Positions 52,454-64,000 of a stretch of 64,000 nucleotides of DNA are shown in pieces. Numbering within the stretch: position 1 is the first letter of the stretch; each line of letters starts with the position of its first letter. The notes under the pieces are model-generated. The model had not been told where the DNA came from. It saw only the letters and a program-made list of their open reading frames with translations, and searched no databases. The stretch is from Saccostrea cucullata (Eukaryota): NCBI RefSeq assembly GCF_032062105.1, contig NW_026936166.1:1-64000 (forward strand), written 5' to 3'. Position numbers and translations under genes: made by a program.

Positions 52454-54033
52454 GTGGAAATGTATACGTTTCCCTTGGAGTGATTGTGTTGGCCATTGTT
52501 TTTTCCATCATGATGGTAACCTGGATGAAAATTGTTTATGTCGAACAATCATCAAAGATAATTGTCTTAGTAGTGCTTTTAATTTTTAATTTATTAGGCT
52601 CAGTATCAGTATATTATTTGTATAAACAGTGCAAGGATGAGCCACATATAAAACATGAAGGAAAAATGACGTTTTTAATTATAAAGCTAATGTTTTTGCT
52701 TGTTTTTGGATATTTTTTTATTGGTCATTGTGTTTTGTATTTTTTAAAACACCTCACGTCCAATCACTGTCCGGATGCTGTTCTAGGAATGATATATAAC
52801 GCGTGTGCTATTATTTACACATTAGGGTTGTTTATTTTCTTTATATATTGTCATCACAGACACGGAGAAAACACATTTGCTCAAAATTTTTGGTCTGTAG
52901 GAGTATTGTTAGCCAACGTTTGTATATGGCTTGATACACTATTTTCCGAATCTGATGATTTATTTCATTATCCCGACAGCGACATTGTTAACGGCACCTC
53001 TTTAAATGATAGCAAACATCACCCAAATTGTACTTACAATGCCTCCATTGTCTCCGTCATTGAGGATTCGGAAGCATTTGTAGATCCAGCCGTTGCTGAA
53101 TTTGCATTATTAGCAATTGACTTCTTGTTTTTTAAATGCCTAATACCTGCAAAGGGAACTGGAGAGGAACTTACAGAGGTAAAAGAAGAACGGCCTACTT
53201 CCGGTATACAAGTAATATCCACGGTAAGCGAGAGGTCAAAGCGCACACGTTCTGTCGCTTTCGTTCTTCTTCAACTAATTTGTTGTGCTTGTTGTTTAGG
53301 GTTCATAACATTTACAATGTTTGTTGTCTGGCATAGCAGCCTAGTTTCAGATGAGGATCTAAACGATAAAACGAAATTACCAGTTGAGTACGGTATTTAC
53401 ACAGTTTTCCAATCCTGTCTAAAATTTGTGATGATGTGTTTAGTTTTACCTTTAATTGTGTCATTTTGGAAGAGTTTTAAATACAAATTCAATGTATGGG
53501 CCTTTGTATTGATTATAAGCTGTTTTGGTAATGTTGTGTACCATATGTTTTACATTTTTGCGCTGGTAAAATGTGGAAGCGACATAACTGAATCTGTTTC
53601 AAAATGGTACTTTATTTTTTCATGGATAGATAACATAATAAGTATCATCATAGCTTGGGGGCAGACATTATTTATTCTAGGAGCCCATAACAAAATAAAA
53701 TTCATAAGGAATTCTTGCTGTTGCGAGGAAACTATCTATAACAAGTCACAACAAATGTTTTTCTTTCTTGGAATGGTAAATCTGGGACTCTGGGTCAGTG
53801 ACAGCGTGGGGGAGGTCAGGGCACCTGTTCTAAGTCTAATTCCATACCGTTATTTTGATCTGGAATTTTGGGATGTAATGACAAGAATTATATTACCACT
53901 GACAATCTTTTTCCGTTTTCACACAGGGTTAGATTTTCTGAAAATGTGGTGGGAGGAAAGTCATGTCAAAAATATTTTCCAAGAAAGTACACAGTCAGAT
54001 GGAATAGAAGAACTTATAACATCATCTAATTAA
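52454..54033 (+). CDS. OTOP: Otopetrin-family proton channel, divergent; large terminal exon, upstream exon(s) not located
   Basis: About 12 hydrophobic helices with family motifs LANVCIWL..LFSES, P...EFALL, QTLFI, NLGLW and W......LPLTIFFRFH..L..W. The ORF-track start at 52480 is an internal GTG (Val). The exon begins after the ttttttgtag acceptor in phase 1. Confidence 0.92.
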
Positions 54034-54314
54034 AATTCAATTCACGGATAATTCAAACGTGACCTTCTCATAAATATAAAAATTTTGCAATGGGAATTCC
54101 CCATGTCAATTCAACCATCATTCAACACTATCAAAGGCATTTTGAGCACTCGCCACTTTCCGTTTCAAAGGATTTTCTAAATTAGAAATTCTAATTTCTA
54201 CTTAAAGTAAATTGAATAAAATGCAAATCAAGGTCAATCCTTTCCAAAGAAAATTATGTGATAATTATATATCTTTCTTCAGTTAAAATCTTTCTTCTGC
54301 GTTAAAAGTAAGTA

Positions 54315-54460
54315 GAGCTCACGGCCATAAGGGATGTTTACTCCTCTTAAGCACCTGATCACACCTCTGTACTTTCCAGTGGTCTGTGTTTTATACCCTC
54401 TCTAAGATTTGTTTTGTTTTTAGATTTTTTTTTTTTGAGATTGGACATTATTTGTTATAT
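54315..54460 (+). mobile_element. Short Penelope-like 3' end
   Basis: gggatgtttactcctc..gcacctgatcacacctctg. Confidence 0.65.
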
Positions 54461-55289
54461 ATATATCTTTGTCTTATATGAAAAAAATACTACTTAATGC
54501 ATTGATATGAACAATACATAAGATCGATTTGATTGTATATATTTAAAAAAAATTATTTTGCTTGAAATATTAAAATTTTTATTCAAAAAGTGAGAAATTG
54601 TTAGCTTTTTGAATCCATCCTAAAAAATTGACGACATTTTTCTCCTCATAAGTCTTTATTGTTTACTTTAAATGAAAAAATGAAATTTTGTGAAAATATT
54701 CCAAATGTTATTGTAAAAGGTTTTTTATATTAAAGTTTTCTAATAAAAAAAATTGTCTGATTTTTCACGATGTACAACACATTCTTAATATTTCAGTAGA
54801 AGTCTAAATTGAGCATTCAACTGTATACAGGTAAAAGAAGCGTATGATATTTTTTTTATTTTATAATTACACAGTGTATTAGAAATATGAATGTAATGCA
54901 TAACAATTCCTCTGTTTGAAATAATTCCATTTAGATTAGATTTTATGCTGTATTTAGAGAAATTGGTTTAAAAGTCGATATATGACATCCAAACTGCAAA
55001 TGGTAACATAAATGCTGCAAAAAACTTCCCAGTCCATATCTTTTGTAATATCACTTAAGTGTATATATGTCTATTATATGTTCCTCGCGGAAATATCTAC
55101 AGTGAAGGAGAGAACTTCATAAGTACTGTCCAACAACATATTCGAGATGTGTTGTAAATTACTAGTACATGGAGATATTCAAAAATTCCAAGGAACATTT
55201 TGGAAAATTTGAAGTCAAAAAAGTTTACTAAAATCAATAGCATTAAAACTTACGACCTTTTAACTTTATTTTATTCTATTTTACTCTAA

Positions 55290-57640
55290 AAAGACGTTCA
55301 TGGTAATCTAACAACCAAGCTATATAATAAACGTGATGACTTTAACTTTTTTATCGTCAACTTCCTTTACTAATGTAGCAATATACCTTCATCAAACCTG
55401 CGTACGTAGGTGTGATATATACTAGGTATAAATTTCAGTTGATTCGATACGCAAGAGCATGATCTACATATCAACAATTACTAAAACGAAGTAAACTATT
55501 GACAAGCAAGTTGATGAAACAAGAATATCAACAGTCTCGTTTACAGTCATCATTTCATGTGACGATACAATAACCTTGTTAGCAAATACAGTACAATTTA
55601 TCAGTGAGTCAAATTTTGACTGACGTTTTTCATACTAATTGTTAGTCCATTATTTATACACTGAATTGACGATGGATTTTTCGGTTATTTCCCTATCATG
55701 ACAATGAGCACACGGCGAGTGTGACCGGTCAGCAGGAGATGCTTACTCCTCCACGGCACCTGATCAGAACTGTGATGTTTCGGAGATCCATGTTTGCTCT
55801 GCTCTTATTTTGTATTGTTTTTCTTTTTTGACTTTGAAATTGAATACTGTTCGTTATCTCCATATCCTTCATACAACAATTTTTACCTATGATAATGTCC
55901 AGACTTTTTTTATCATTGACATCTGCTTTTTCAATAAAAATTGAACGAGTTAATTTATTCATCTTGTCATTTGTCATTTGCAAAATCATTTTCTTAAAAA
56001 ACATTCTGATTATACAAACAAGTACTCTGAAGTTGATATTAAAAAGATGCTTGAGTTTTCGATTGACAGTATCTTTGTGGTTATTGCAAACCAGGTTTGC
56101 CAATAGGCTATATGAATTTTTATGGGTACCAATTGCGCCCCGTTAATAGCAGACCTAATTTTGTATTCACGTGAAGCAGAATTTGTCCAATATCCTAGAT
56201 ATGAAAAAAAACTAGTCAAGGCCTTCAACTCGACATAAAGTTAAGTCGACAAGATGATGTTAATTATCGAAAGTTAATTCCATTCTTGTGTCGATGCGAT
56301 TTATCACGGTGAGCTTGAAATTAAACACACCACGAAGTCTGACATATCTGTTTCATAATTAGATATTTTGCATGAAAAAGACGTTAAAGGTAATCAAACA
56401 ACCAAACTTTATGACAGAAGACATGACTTTGACTTTTCAATTGGTCGTTTCGCTTACTAATGCAGCAATACATCTTCATCACCTGCATACAGGATTAATA
56501 TCTCTCAGTTGATTCATTACCCAAGAGCATGCGCTACGTATAAACATTTTCTGAAAACAAGATATATTATTGTCAAACTTGTTGATGAAAAGAAAATATC
56601 AGCAGCGTCGTTTAAAGTCATCATGTCATAAGTTCTATGGTCGTCACAATGAACTTAGCAGCAAAAACAATTATGATTCAGTGATTTGCTGACTAAAATT
56701 TTTCAAACTATTGTGAGGCCCTTATTTTCACACTGAGTTGTCCATGGATTTTTTCTGTTACCCTCTACTCATTACAAAGAGCACACATCGGATGTGACCG
56801 GTCGGCAAGGGATGCTCACTCGTTTATGGCACCATACAGTATCCCACGTCTGATATTTTGGAGGTCCGTATTTGCTTTGCTCCTCTTTTTTTATTTTTTA
56901 ATGGACTTTTGAATTTGAATTCTGTTCGTACTCTCCATATCTTTGATTACATTTTAATGAAAGCGCGAACAGAAAAAATCGAATACTATTCTTTATTGTA
57001 TGAAGCATATGGATATTTAGAAATTCCTAAACATATTCACCTAAGAAATACCAATATTCTTTATTATTTCATAGTTCAGTTATGTCTCGTAGTTGATGCA
57101 CGTGTCCAAGAAGGATATGGAGATAACAAACAGTATTCAATCCCAACGTTCATAAAACAATACAACAATATAGAATAGGAGCAGAGTAAACAGGGACCTC
57201 GAAAACATCAGAGGTGGGCTCAGGTGCCATTGAGGAATGAGCATCCCCTGCTGACCGGTCACACCCGCCGTATACTCCTTGTCATAATCGGTAAGTAACG
57301 GAAAAATCTGTCGTCAATTCAGTGTATATATAATGGACTAACAATTAGTATCAAAAACGCCAATAAGCATTTGACTCAATGATAAATTGTATTGGCTGAC
57401 AAGGTCATCGTATCGACCAAAGAACTTACGAAATGGTGATTTTATAAAACACTGCAGATATGCTTGTCGCGTCAACTTGTTTTTTTCAATAATGTACCTC
57501 TTTTATGAAATTGTTCATACGTGGAGTATATACTCTTGCGTATCGAATCAATCGAGATGTATAAACACCGTATGCAGGTGATGAAGGTACTAGTATATTG
57601 CTTCATAAGTAAGGGAATTTGACAATAGAAAAGTTAAAGT
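55290..57640. mobile_element. Cluster of three Penelope-like fragments: + 55290-55870, + 55870-56945, - 57110-57640
   Basis: MGTNCAPLIADLILYSREAEF, ELEIK.TT and QLIRYARA motifs, plus three copies of the 3' end. Confidence 0.88.
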
Positions 57641-58481
57641 CTTTATATTATGTTGGTCAAAAGGCATTTTCATAATTCTGTGTTACATGCAACATTTTTA
57701 CCTTGTTATATATTTTCTGTTCTCTGTCTCTGTCTCTCTCTCTTTCTCACTTTTTATGCACACACTTTTAAAAAAATCACAAATTCGTTACACAATTTGT
57801 ATAGTCGTACATATTGATAAAAGTGAAAACATGTTCTGAAAAGCAGAGGAAATTCTGATCGATACTGTTGACCTACTTATTATTTTTGAAAGTAACTTTG
57901 CCGTGATTTTTCTCAGTTTTCGTGATCAAATTACTGAATGACAAAAAAAAATGCTTCAGAATAGTAAAATAATTTTTAAAGAGTTCCTTGAAAATTTAAA
58001 ACAATATATTTACATCAATTAAATTATTTCGGTACGATGGCTGACTCACATGCAGTGCAAAATAATTCTAGAGTCGTGGCTCAATCGAAAAGACACATTT
58101 AGTTATCTTTTTTAAAGAAAATAATACGATGTATTTTCAATGCAACTACCAATTAACTGTTACATGGAAGTGTGAAAACAAATTATTTGTCTTTGTACCT
58201 TTATGGGTAAAGTCCAGGAGGGTGAACTCACTGGAGATAATTGATTATGCAAAGTGAAACCTTAAATAAGTGCTCTACCTTTTGATAAAATTGTTTGTTT
58301 AAACTTTCAGTTATAGGAATTTATAAGTTATAAGATATATGGATTTTCTAATAATTATCACAGATCTTTATGTGTCGGCAAATTTTTTTACTGTGTCGCA
58401 CGCAAAAAATTTGAATCGTGACAGCGTCGGAGAAAATTTTACTCGGCAGCAACAGAGTAAAACAGCTCATTAAAATCATAC

Positions 58482-61400
58482 TGTCGGCCCCAAGGTCCCG
58501 CTTTCAACGCCGCTACAAAACATCTCTGAATCCCAAGATCACACAGCAGGAGAAACATCTAGAACACACCCAAGTTCACACAGCATGGGTTATATAAAAG
58601 GCACACCCAAGATCACTAAGCATGGGTAAACTGTACCATGGCGTCCAGACCTCATCTGACCAACACTAGCCAACACCAAGTATAAATAACTGACCAAACT
58701 ACTCAAACGGGTTCGACGAGTATACGTTGATAAAAATAGCAACAAAGAGTACAACCCAGTGACCAATAGTGCATAAATGAAATAATCGATAACTCCTAAT
58801 TCCCAAATAAAGATAACTCTTACCAATACCTGTACAATAAGCTAATATAAAACATTGATACAATACCACTTGTGACAATACCTCCCTTCTTAAGACACAA
58901 AAGGCAATTTTGTGACAAAATGGAAAACTATGTACACAACAAAGTCTTTTTGAATACGAACTTACTCAGGAACAACACAACTGAGAAAATCAGCTCCAAT
59001 ATTATCTACACCTCTAATAACTTCAGTTCTAAAGTTGAATGCGTGTAGAAAAAGAGACCATCTCATCAATCTGCTGTTTGAAGCTTTAGTCTTTTGTAAA
59101 TGAAGTAGTGGTCTGTGATCTGTCTCCACAATAAACGCTCTTCCATACAAGTAAGAACTAATTTTTTTGTATAGCCCATACGACTACAAGACAATTTTTT
59201 TCCACAACAAAATAACTCTGTTCTCTGTCTAGCAGCTTCCAGCTTGCATACGCAACAGGGAATATGCGTCCGTCATGCTTCTGCATCAGCACTGCACCAA
59301 CTCCATGATTAGATGCATCGGTTCTTAAGATGAATGGCTTCGTCAAATCTGGTAATCTGAGAATTGGACTGTAGAGCAACATAGATTTTAAACTCTTAAA
59401 CGAATTATCATGTTCTTGTTTCCAGTCAAATTTGTTTGGAAACCCTTCTTGGTTAATTCAATTAAAGGAGCAGCAATAGTGGAAAAGTTTGGCACAAATT
59501 TTCTATAATAGCCAATCAAACAAAGGAAAGATCTAACCTGCTTCTTTGTCTCTGGCCTTGGTGCTTCTTGGATAGCTTCTTAGCTTCTTGTTGGTTGGCT
59601 GTAAGGTACCTCCTCCAATAACATGACCCAAGTACTCGAGTCTCGTCTGCGCTAGCTCACATTTTGAGGGTTTTACTGTTAATTGCGCTCTCTGTAGTCT
59701 CTCCAGCACTTTTCTCAGTTCTGTAATATGTTCTCTAAAAGTTTCTGTATGAATGAGAATATTATCAACGAAACTATCAGTATGCTCTAAACCTTTTAGA
59801 ATTTTCCCGCATGAGTCTATTAAAAGTAGCTGCACTGTTCTTCATACAAAAGGGCATCACTTTAAACCTGTACAAACCATCTGGTGTTAAAAATAATGTT
59901 AAGTCTCTATCTTCTCTCGTAGGAATCTGCCAATATCCCTTACATAAATCAAGTTTAGAAAGAAACGACTGTTACATGTACTAATTTTAGTCATGATTTC
60001 ATCTGGATCTGGCATTGGTTCTGGATCAAAAATCGTTACCTTGTTTAAGTTACGAAAATTCACACATATTCTCTGGCTACCATCGGACTTCTTTGCCACG
60101 ACAATCGAACTAGCATACGGTGATTCTGATGGTTCGATGATATCCATGTCAATCATATGCTGTATTTCTTCTCGGACTGCACTTCTGACTGCATACGGTA
60201 TCTGATATGGTCTGTTTCTGATTGGTTCTTTGGTAGTGAGATGAACTTCATTCTGGATAACATTCGTTCTACCAGGTAGATCTGTTAAAACTTCCTGAAA
60301 TTCATGTAAAACATTATTTATGTTTTCAAGCTGATCTGATGAAAGTGAATGATTTACCTTTACATCTGTGAATGATTCTGTTGCCTTCATTGGAAGAAGA
60401 TGTAACAAATGTTCACTACTGAAGTCCTCTGTTTCCTCCGATTCCAAAATGACACAAGATGCTAGAGTTGTTGGCAAGTCTTGTTTCCCTTTTCCCCTCG
60501 AACATTGTATTTCTTCAAAAAATTTCATGAAAAAAACATGTCCATTCATATCTATCTGGTAATCAGTTTGTCCTTTTATCAACTACTTTGAAAGGTCCTT
60601 TCCACTGCATTAAAAGTTTGTTATAGTCTGTTGGAAGCAAAAAAGAACGAAATACCCAAACCCTTTAAACTGGCTTTGTCCTTTTATCATACTGTTTCTT
60701 GTAATGGTCTTTGGACTTCTGAAGTTCTCTCTGAGCCAACTACACGTTCTTGCCAATGTCCTTTAGGCAAGCACATACTGGTAAGTAGTTTTCACTTCCG
60801 GGTCCTTTTCCTCCTTTTTCCCCAGTTCCTTCAAAACTACCATGGTCCCCAACATTACGTGCATAAACAAGATCAAATGGAGAAAATTTAGGCTTTTTTT
60901 TGGAACCTCTCATAAGCAAATAACAATGCTGGAATTATCCCCGTCTTTTGCTAGTTCAGAACTCATTTTCCTAACATTACTTCAAAGTACCATTGAACTT
61001 TTCAACTAGTTCATTACATGTTGGATGGTATGGAGTTGTTACAAAACTTAATTGATAAAAAATGACCCACCTCTTTCATGATGTTGGAGGTAAAATTCGT
61101 ACCCATGTCTGACAGAACCTCTTTTGGAATGCCAACTTGCTGAATATTTCTACCAATGCTTTTGCTACCGTTTTGTATGATGTTCTTCAATCAACCGCCT
61201 CTGGATATAGTACTGTAAACTACAAATCAAAAAATATCTATTGCCTTTGTCAGTAATTGGAGAAAGCGGACCTACAAAATCTACGGACCCCTTTTAAAAG
61301 GTGTATCAATAAGTGGCATTTTCTCCCAAAAACCTTTATCACTTTGCCTTTGGGAAATTTTTTTAAATTTCACCCGATTGGCAATACCTTGTCACGTACC

Positions 61401-63460
61401 CCGGACTCCAGGGCCAATAGAAATTCGACATGATGCTGTCTAAGGTCTTCTTTTTCCAAGATGTCCGCCTCGGATACTGTCGTGCGCAATTCTCATAACT
61501 TTCTGTCGCAAAGGTTCTGGAACAACAAGTTGTTTATAATTTTTCATCACTTACCTTTTTTGAATGATAATGTCTTTACAACAGTCCTCTTTCAACACTA
61601 AACCATGTCTCTTTTTATCCTTGTTTTTCTTTCTGCCTGTCACTGCATGCTCATATACACTTTCAAGGAAAAATGTCCATCTGAAGTTGTTTTATCTGAT
61701 CAATTGTCATATCAGTATCCACTTAATCTGTAACTTTTAGCTTTTTTATACCTTTGTCTTCTTTTTTTTTTTAAATTCCCTTTTCTGTACAGCTTGAAGA
61801 ACTTGACTACATTTTTTTTACGTCCTTTCTACACCACTGTGGATCAGGATCCTCTATTTTGCACCCTCATGTTACCTACAATAAGATCGTAAACAGGTTC
61901 TTTCATACACAAAGCATTATATAACCTGTGAAATGGGAGTGTGACATAGATGGGGGCTTTCCCCACTGTACGAACTGTGCCGTCTATCAGAACACATTTT
62001 TCCTTGCCCGTCAGCTGATCTTCTGAACCAAATCGCTCTTCACGACAACACCCACAACCGAATTTTTAATATCTTAACAAAGTTCTCACCGACATAACCC
62101 ATAGCAACAGGAATCTTTTCACAAACCTTACAGACCCTCCCAAAAACAGGTAATACGTGTCCACATGCAAGTTTAAAATCTCATCTGTGACACAGCACTG
62201 CAAAAGTTTATGTTTTAAAATGCATGCTATCCTATTTAGGCTGATTTTGATGCGGCATGGCGTTGTCCATCCTAACTTCAGCAGAATTCTGTAAGTTGGA
62301 ACTAGAATTGTCATTAGATTTCATGCAATATAACTCACAGTTATGTTGACTCTTTAACATTGCAGCCTTTTGAGTATTTTGCGAAATAGTTACTGCACGA
62401 GGAATTTTCTGCTTGGAGAAACATTTTCTTGCCAAATATCCACTTTTTCCACAGATGTAACATTTTCTCTCACCTTTTTGCTGTGGTGATCCTTGGTACG
62501 CCGTTGCATTTGAATGGATCCACTGCTGTTATCTGAACGCTAGAAGTGCTTGAAGGTTTCGTCTGAAAAACTTTAAGTCTTTAGTGAATGAGGTATAACC
62601 ATGAGCTTTTCGGAGTCTTTCTTTTGTAAAATTTCCCCAAAACTTTTACAACTGTTTAAAAACTGTTTCTTTAAAAACAAATCTTTAAGACTATCATATG
62701 TTTTTGGACTATCTGCGAAAGACAACCATTTCTTCAAATTATTCAGCCTAGCAAAGAATTGTGAAGGATTTACCCCGTTCTGGGTTTCGGAAAGGAATTA
62801 CACGAAACCCTTCTTCCCTCAGTTGAAAACGCCTTAACAACCCTGTTTAAAGGAACCCTATTCAGAGCCTCTGAAACTGGAAGTCTAGAATACACCTAAA
62901 AACTTTTTTTCGGAGAGCACTAAAATTAATCGTCATGAAGACTGTTCCCTATTAACCGAAACCTTTCGAATCTCTGTAAATATAATCAATAAAAAGATTC
63001 ATCAAATGAAGGTAACTTTGGCAACTTGGCAAGCATTGAGAAGCGGACCTAATGGACCTACAGCTAATTCTCGAGCTTTTAATTTTTGTAATTCAGTTTC
63101 TTTCTTTAAATTTTTTAATTGATTTCGCTCTCAATCTTTCTCGCTTCCCTCTCTGCTTTTCCATCCTTTCATAATATTTCTCTCTTTTCTGTCAACAAAC
63201 TCTTGCAAAAAGGTCCTTGCAAACCAAACTTTTCTCCTAATTGTACATACTCCATTGTTACAAAATGCAACGCAACAACAAACAAACATTGAAATAAGAA
63301 AATGACAATATGCATATGAAAAAAAAAATTTTGACAAAACCTGCCCAAAAAAAAATTAAACAAAGAAATCTTTTTCAACTAATTCCTTTCTAGAAAAATA
63401 AAATAATGCAGGTATACTTGGTAACAGGAAGTTTGTCCCACCGCTGCCCCCAAAAAGTCA
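58482..63460 (-). mobile_element. Ty3/Gypsy LTR retrotransposon of Gmr1 type (gag-PR-INT-RT-RH), degenerate
   Basis: PBS-like TCCCACCGCTGCCCCCA (tRNA-Leu 3' end) at 63436-63452. Gag from about 63255 with knuckle CYICGKSGYLARKC. Protease ~62110-61870; integrase AHDS..YWPG, DFVGP and EVLSDMGTNF at ~61500-60800. RT ESPYASSIVV..DGSQRICVNFRNLN..FVDNILI..YLGH at 60300-59530; RNase H TDAS, ETDH and ADFLS at 59400-58962. PPT, then LTR remnant 58482-58877. Confidence 0.9.
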
Positions 63461-64000
63461 CAACTGATCTCAAGTTGTACGGGGTTTTTAAATCTGTATG
63501 TACAACCCAAAACAAATGATATTTTGGAAACCTCCTGTTCACCAAGAAATAACAAGATTCATAATAGTTAACAATAAATTTATCTACATATTTAAAAAAA
63601 ATGAAAACGGCCAAAAATTCAATCATTGTCTTCATTGGAAATTCACACTTCACACCCTTCCGGGCCCCCATATCCCAAAAAAACCACGTACTCAATCCTC
63701 CCGTACATAACAAAAGCTTAATATACAATTTTGGTCACTAAAAATTTTCATAGGGTTTTCAAATAAAATATTCGAAACAAATCGTTGCTGTTGTTTTTTT
63801 TTTGGGCGCCAGTTAGGTCACGTTTCTCTGTGCACAATTTAGCGGGTTATACTCAAAATGGGATTCAAATCAAATTTTAAGTTGGCTTACTATGAAAAAA
63901 CATATCAAATTTAATATCTATATTTTAATGAATTAATAATTTGTCATTTCCATTCAAAATAAATCAAAATATAATATATATGTATGATCCATGCGAGTTT

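Noticed and set aside
52480-52482. Start codon for the 517-aa ORF
   Set aside because: It is a GTG inside an exon that begins at the acceptor 26 nt upstream; the true ATG must be in an unidentified exon.
55690-55800. SECIS element in the Naiad 3' end
   Set aside because: An ATGAC is present, but I found no apical AA loop or correctly spaced GA partner, and the fragments are too decayed to show in-frame Sec codons.

Overview
AT-rich eukaryotic genomic DNA, most likely a bivalve (oyster-like). This is inferred from the repeat repertoire (Naiad-type Penelope-like elements, Helentron-associated HINEs, tRNA-derived SINEs, BEL/Pao and Gypsy elements); no prokaryotic features are present. Host genes: (1) a divergent otopetrin proton-channel gene, with one large terminal exon at 52454-54033; (2) a spliced, apparently intact orphan type-I membrane receptor of about 368 aa (30504-39367) with a Tyr-motif tail, which the ORF track does not show; (3) a damaged type-I receptor built from five phase-1 six-cysteine EB/EGF-like exons, a TM exon and a Tyr-rich tail (15848-23942); (4) orphan or relic exons of similar genes on the minus strand. 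Mobile DNA: a young, nearly intact BEL/Pao LTR retrotransposon (7486-14630); a Gypsy element with the unusual Gmr1-type PR-INT-RT-RH order (58482-63460); an older Gypsy remnant with a nested SINE and a TTAA-TSD MITE; an internally deleted RTE LINE; about a dozen Penelope-like fragments that share a foldable GC-rich 3' end; Crypton-like palindromic elements; and a 43-bp minisatellite. All exon models were made by eye. The last ~3.5 kb looks rich in homopolymer errors.
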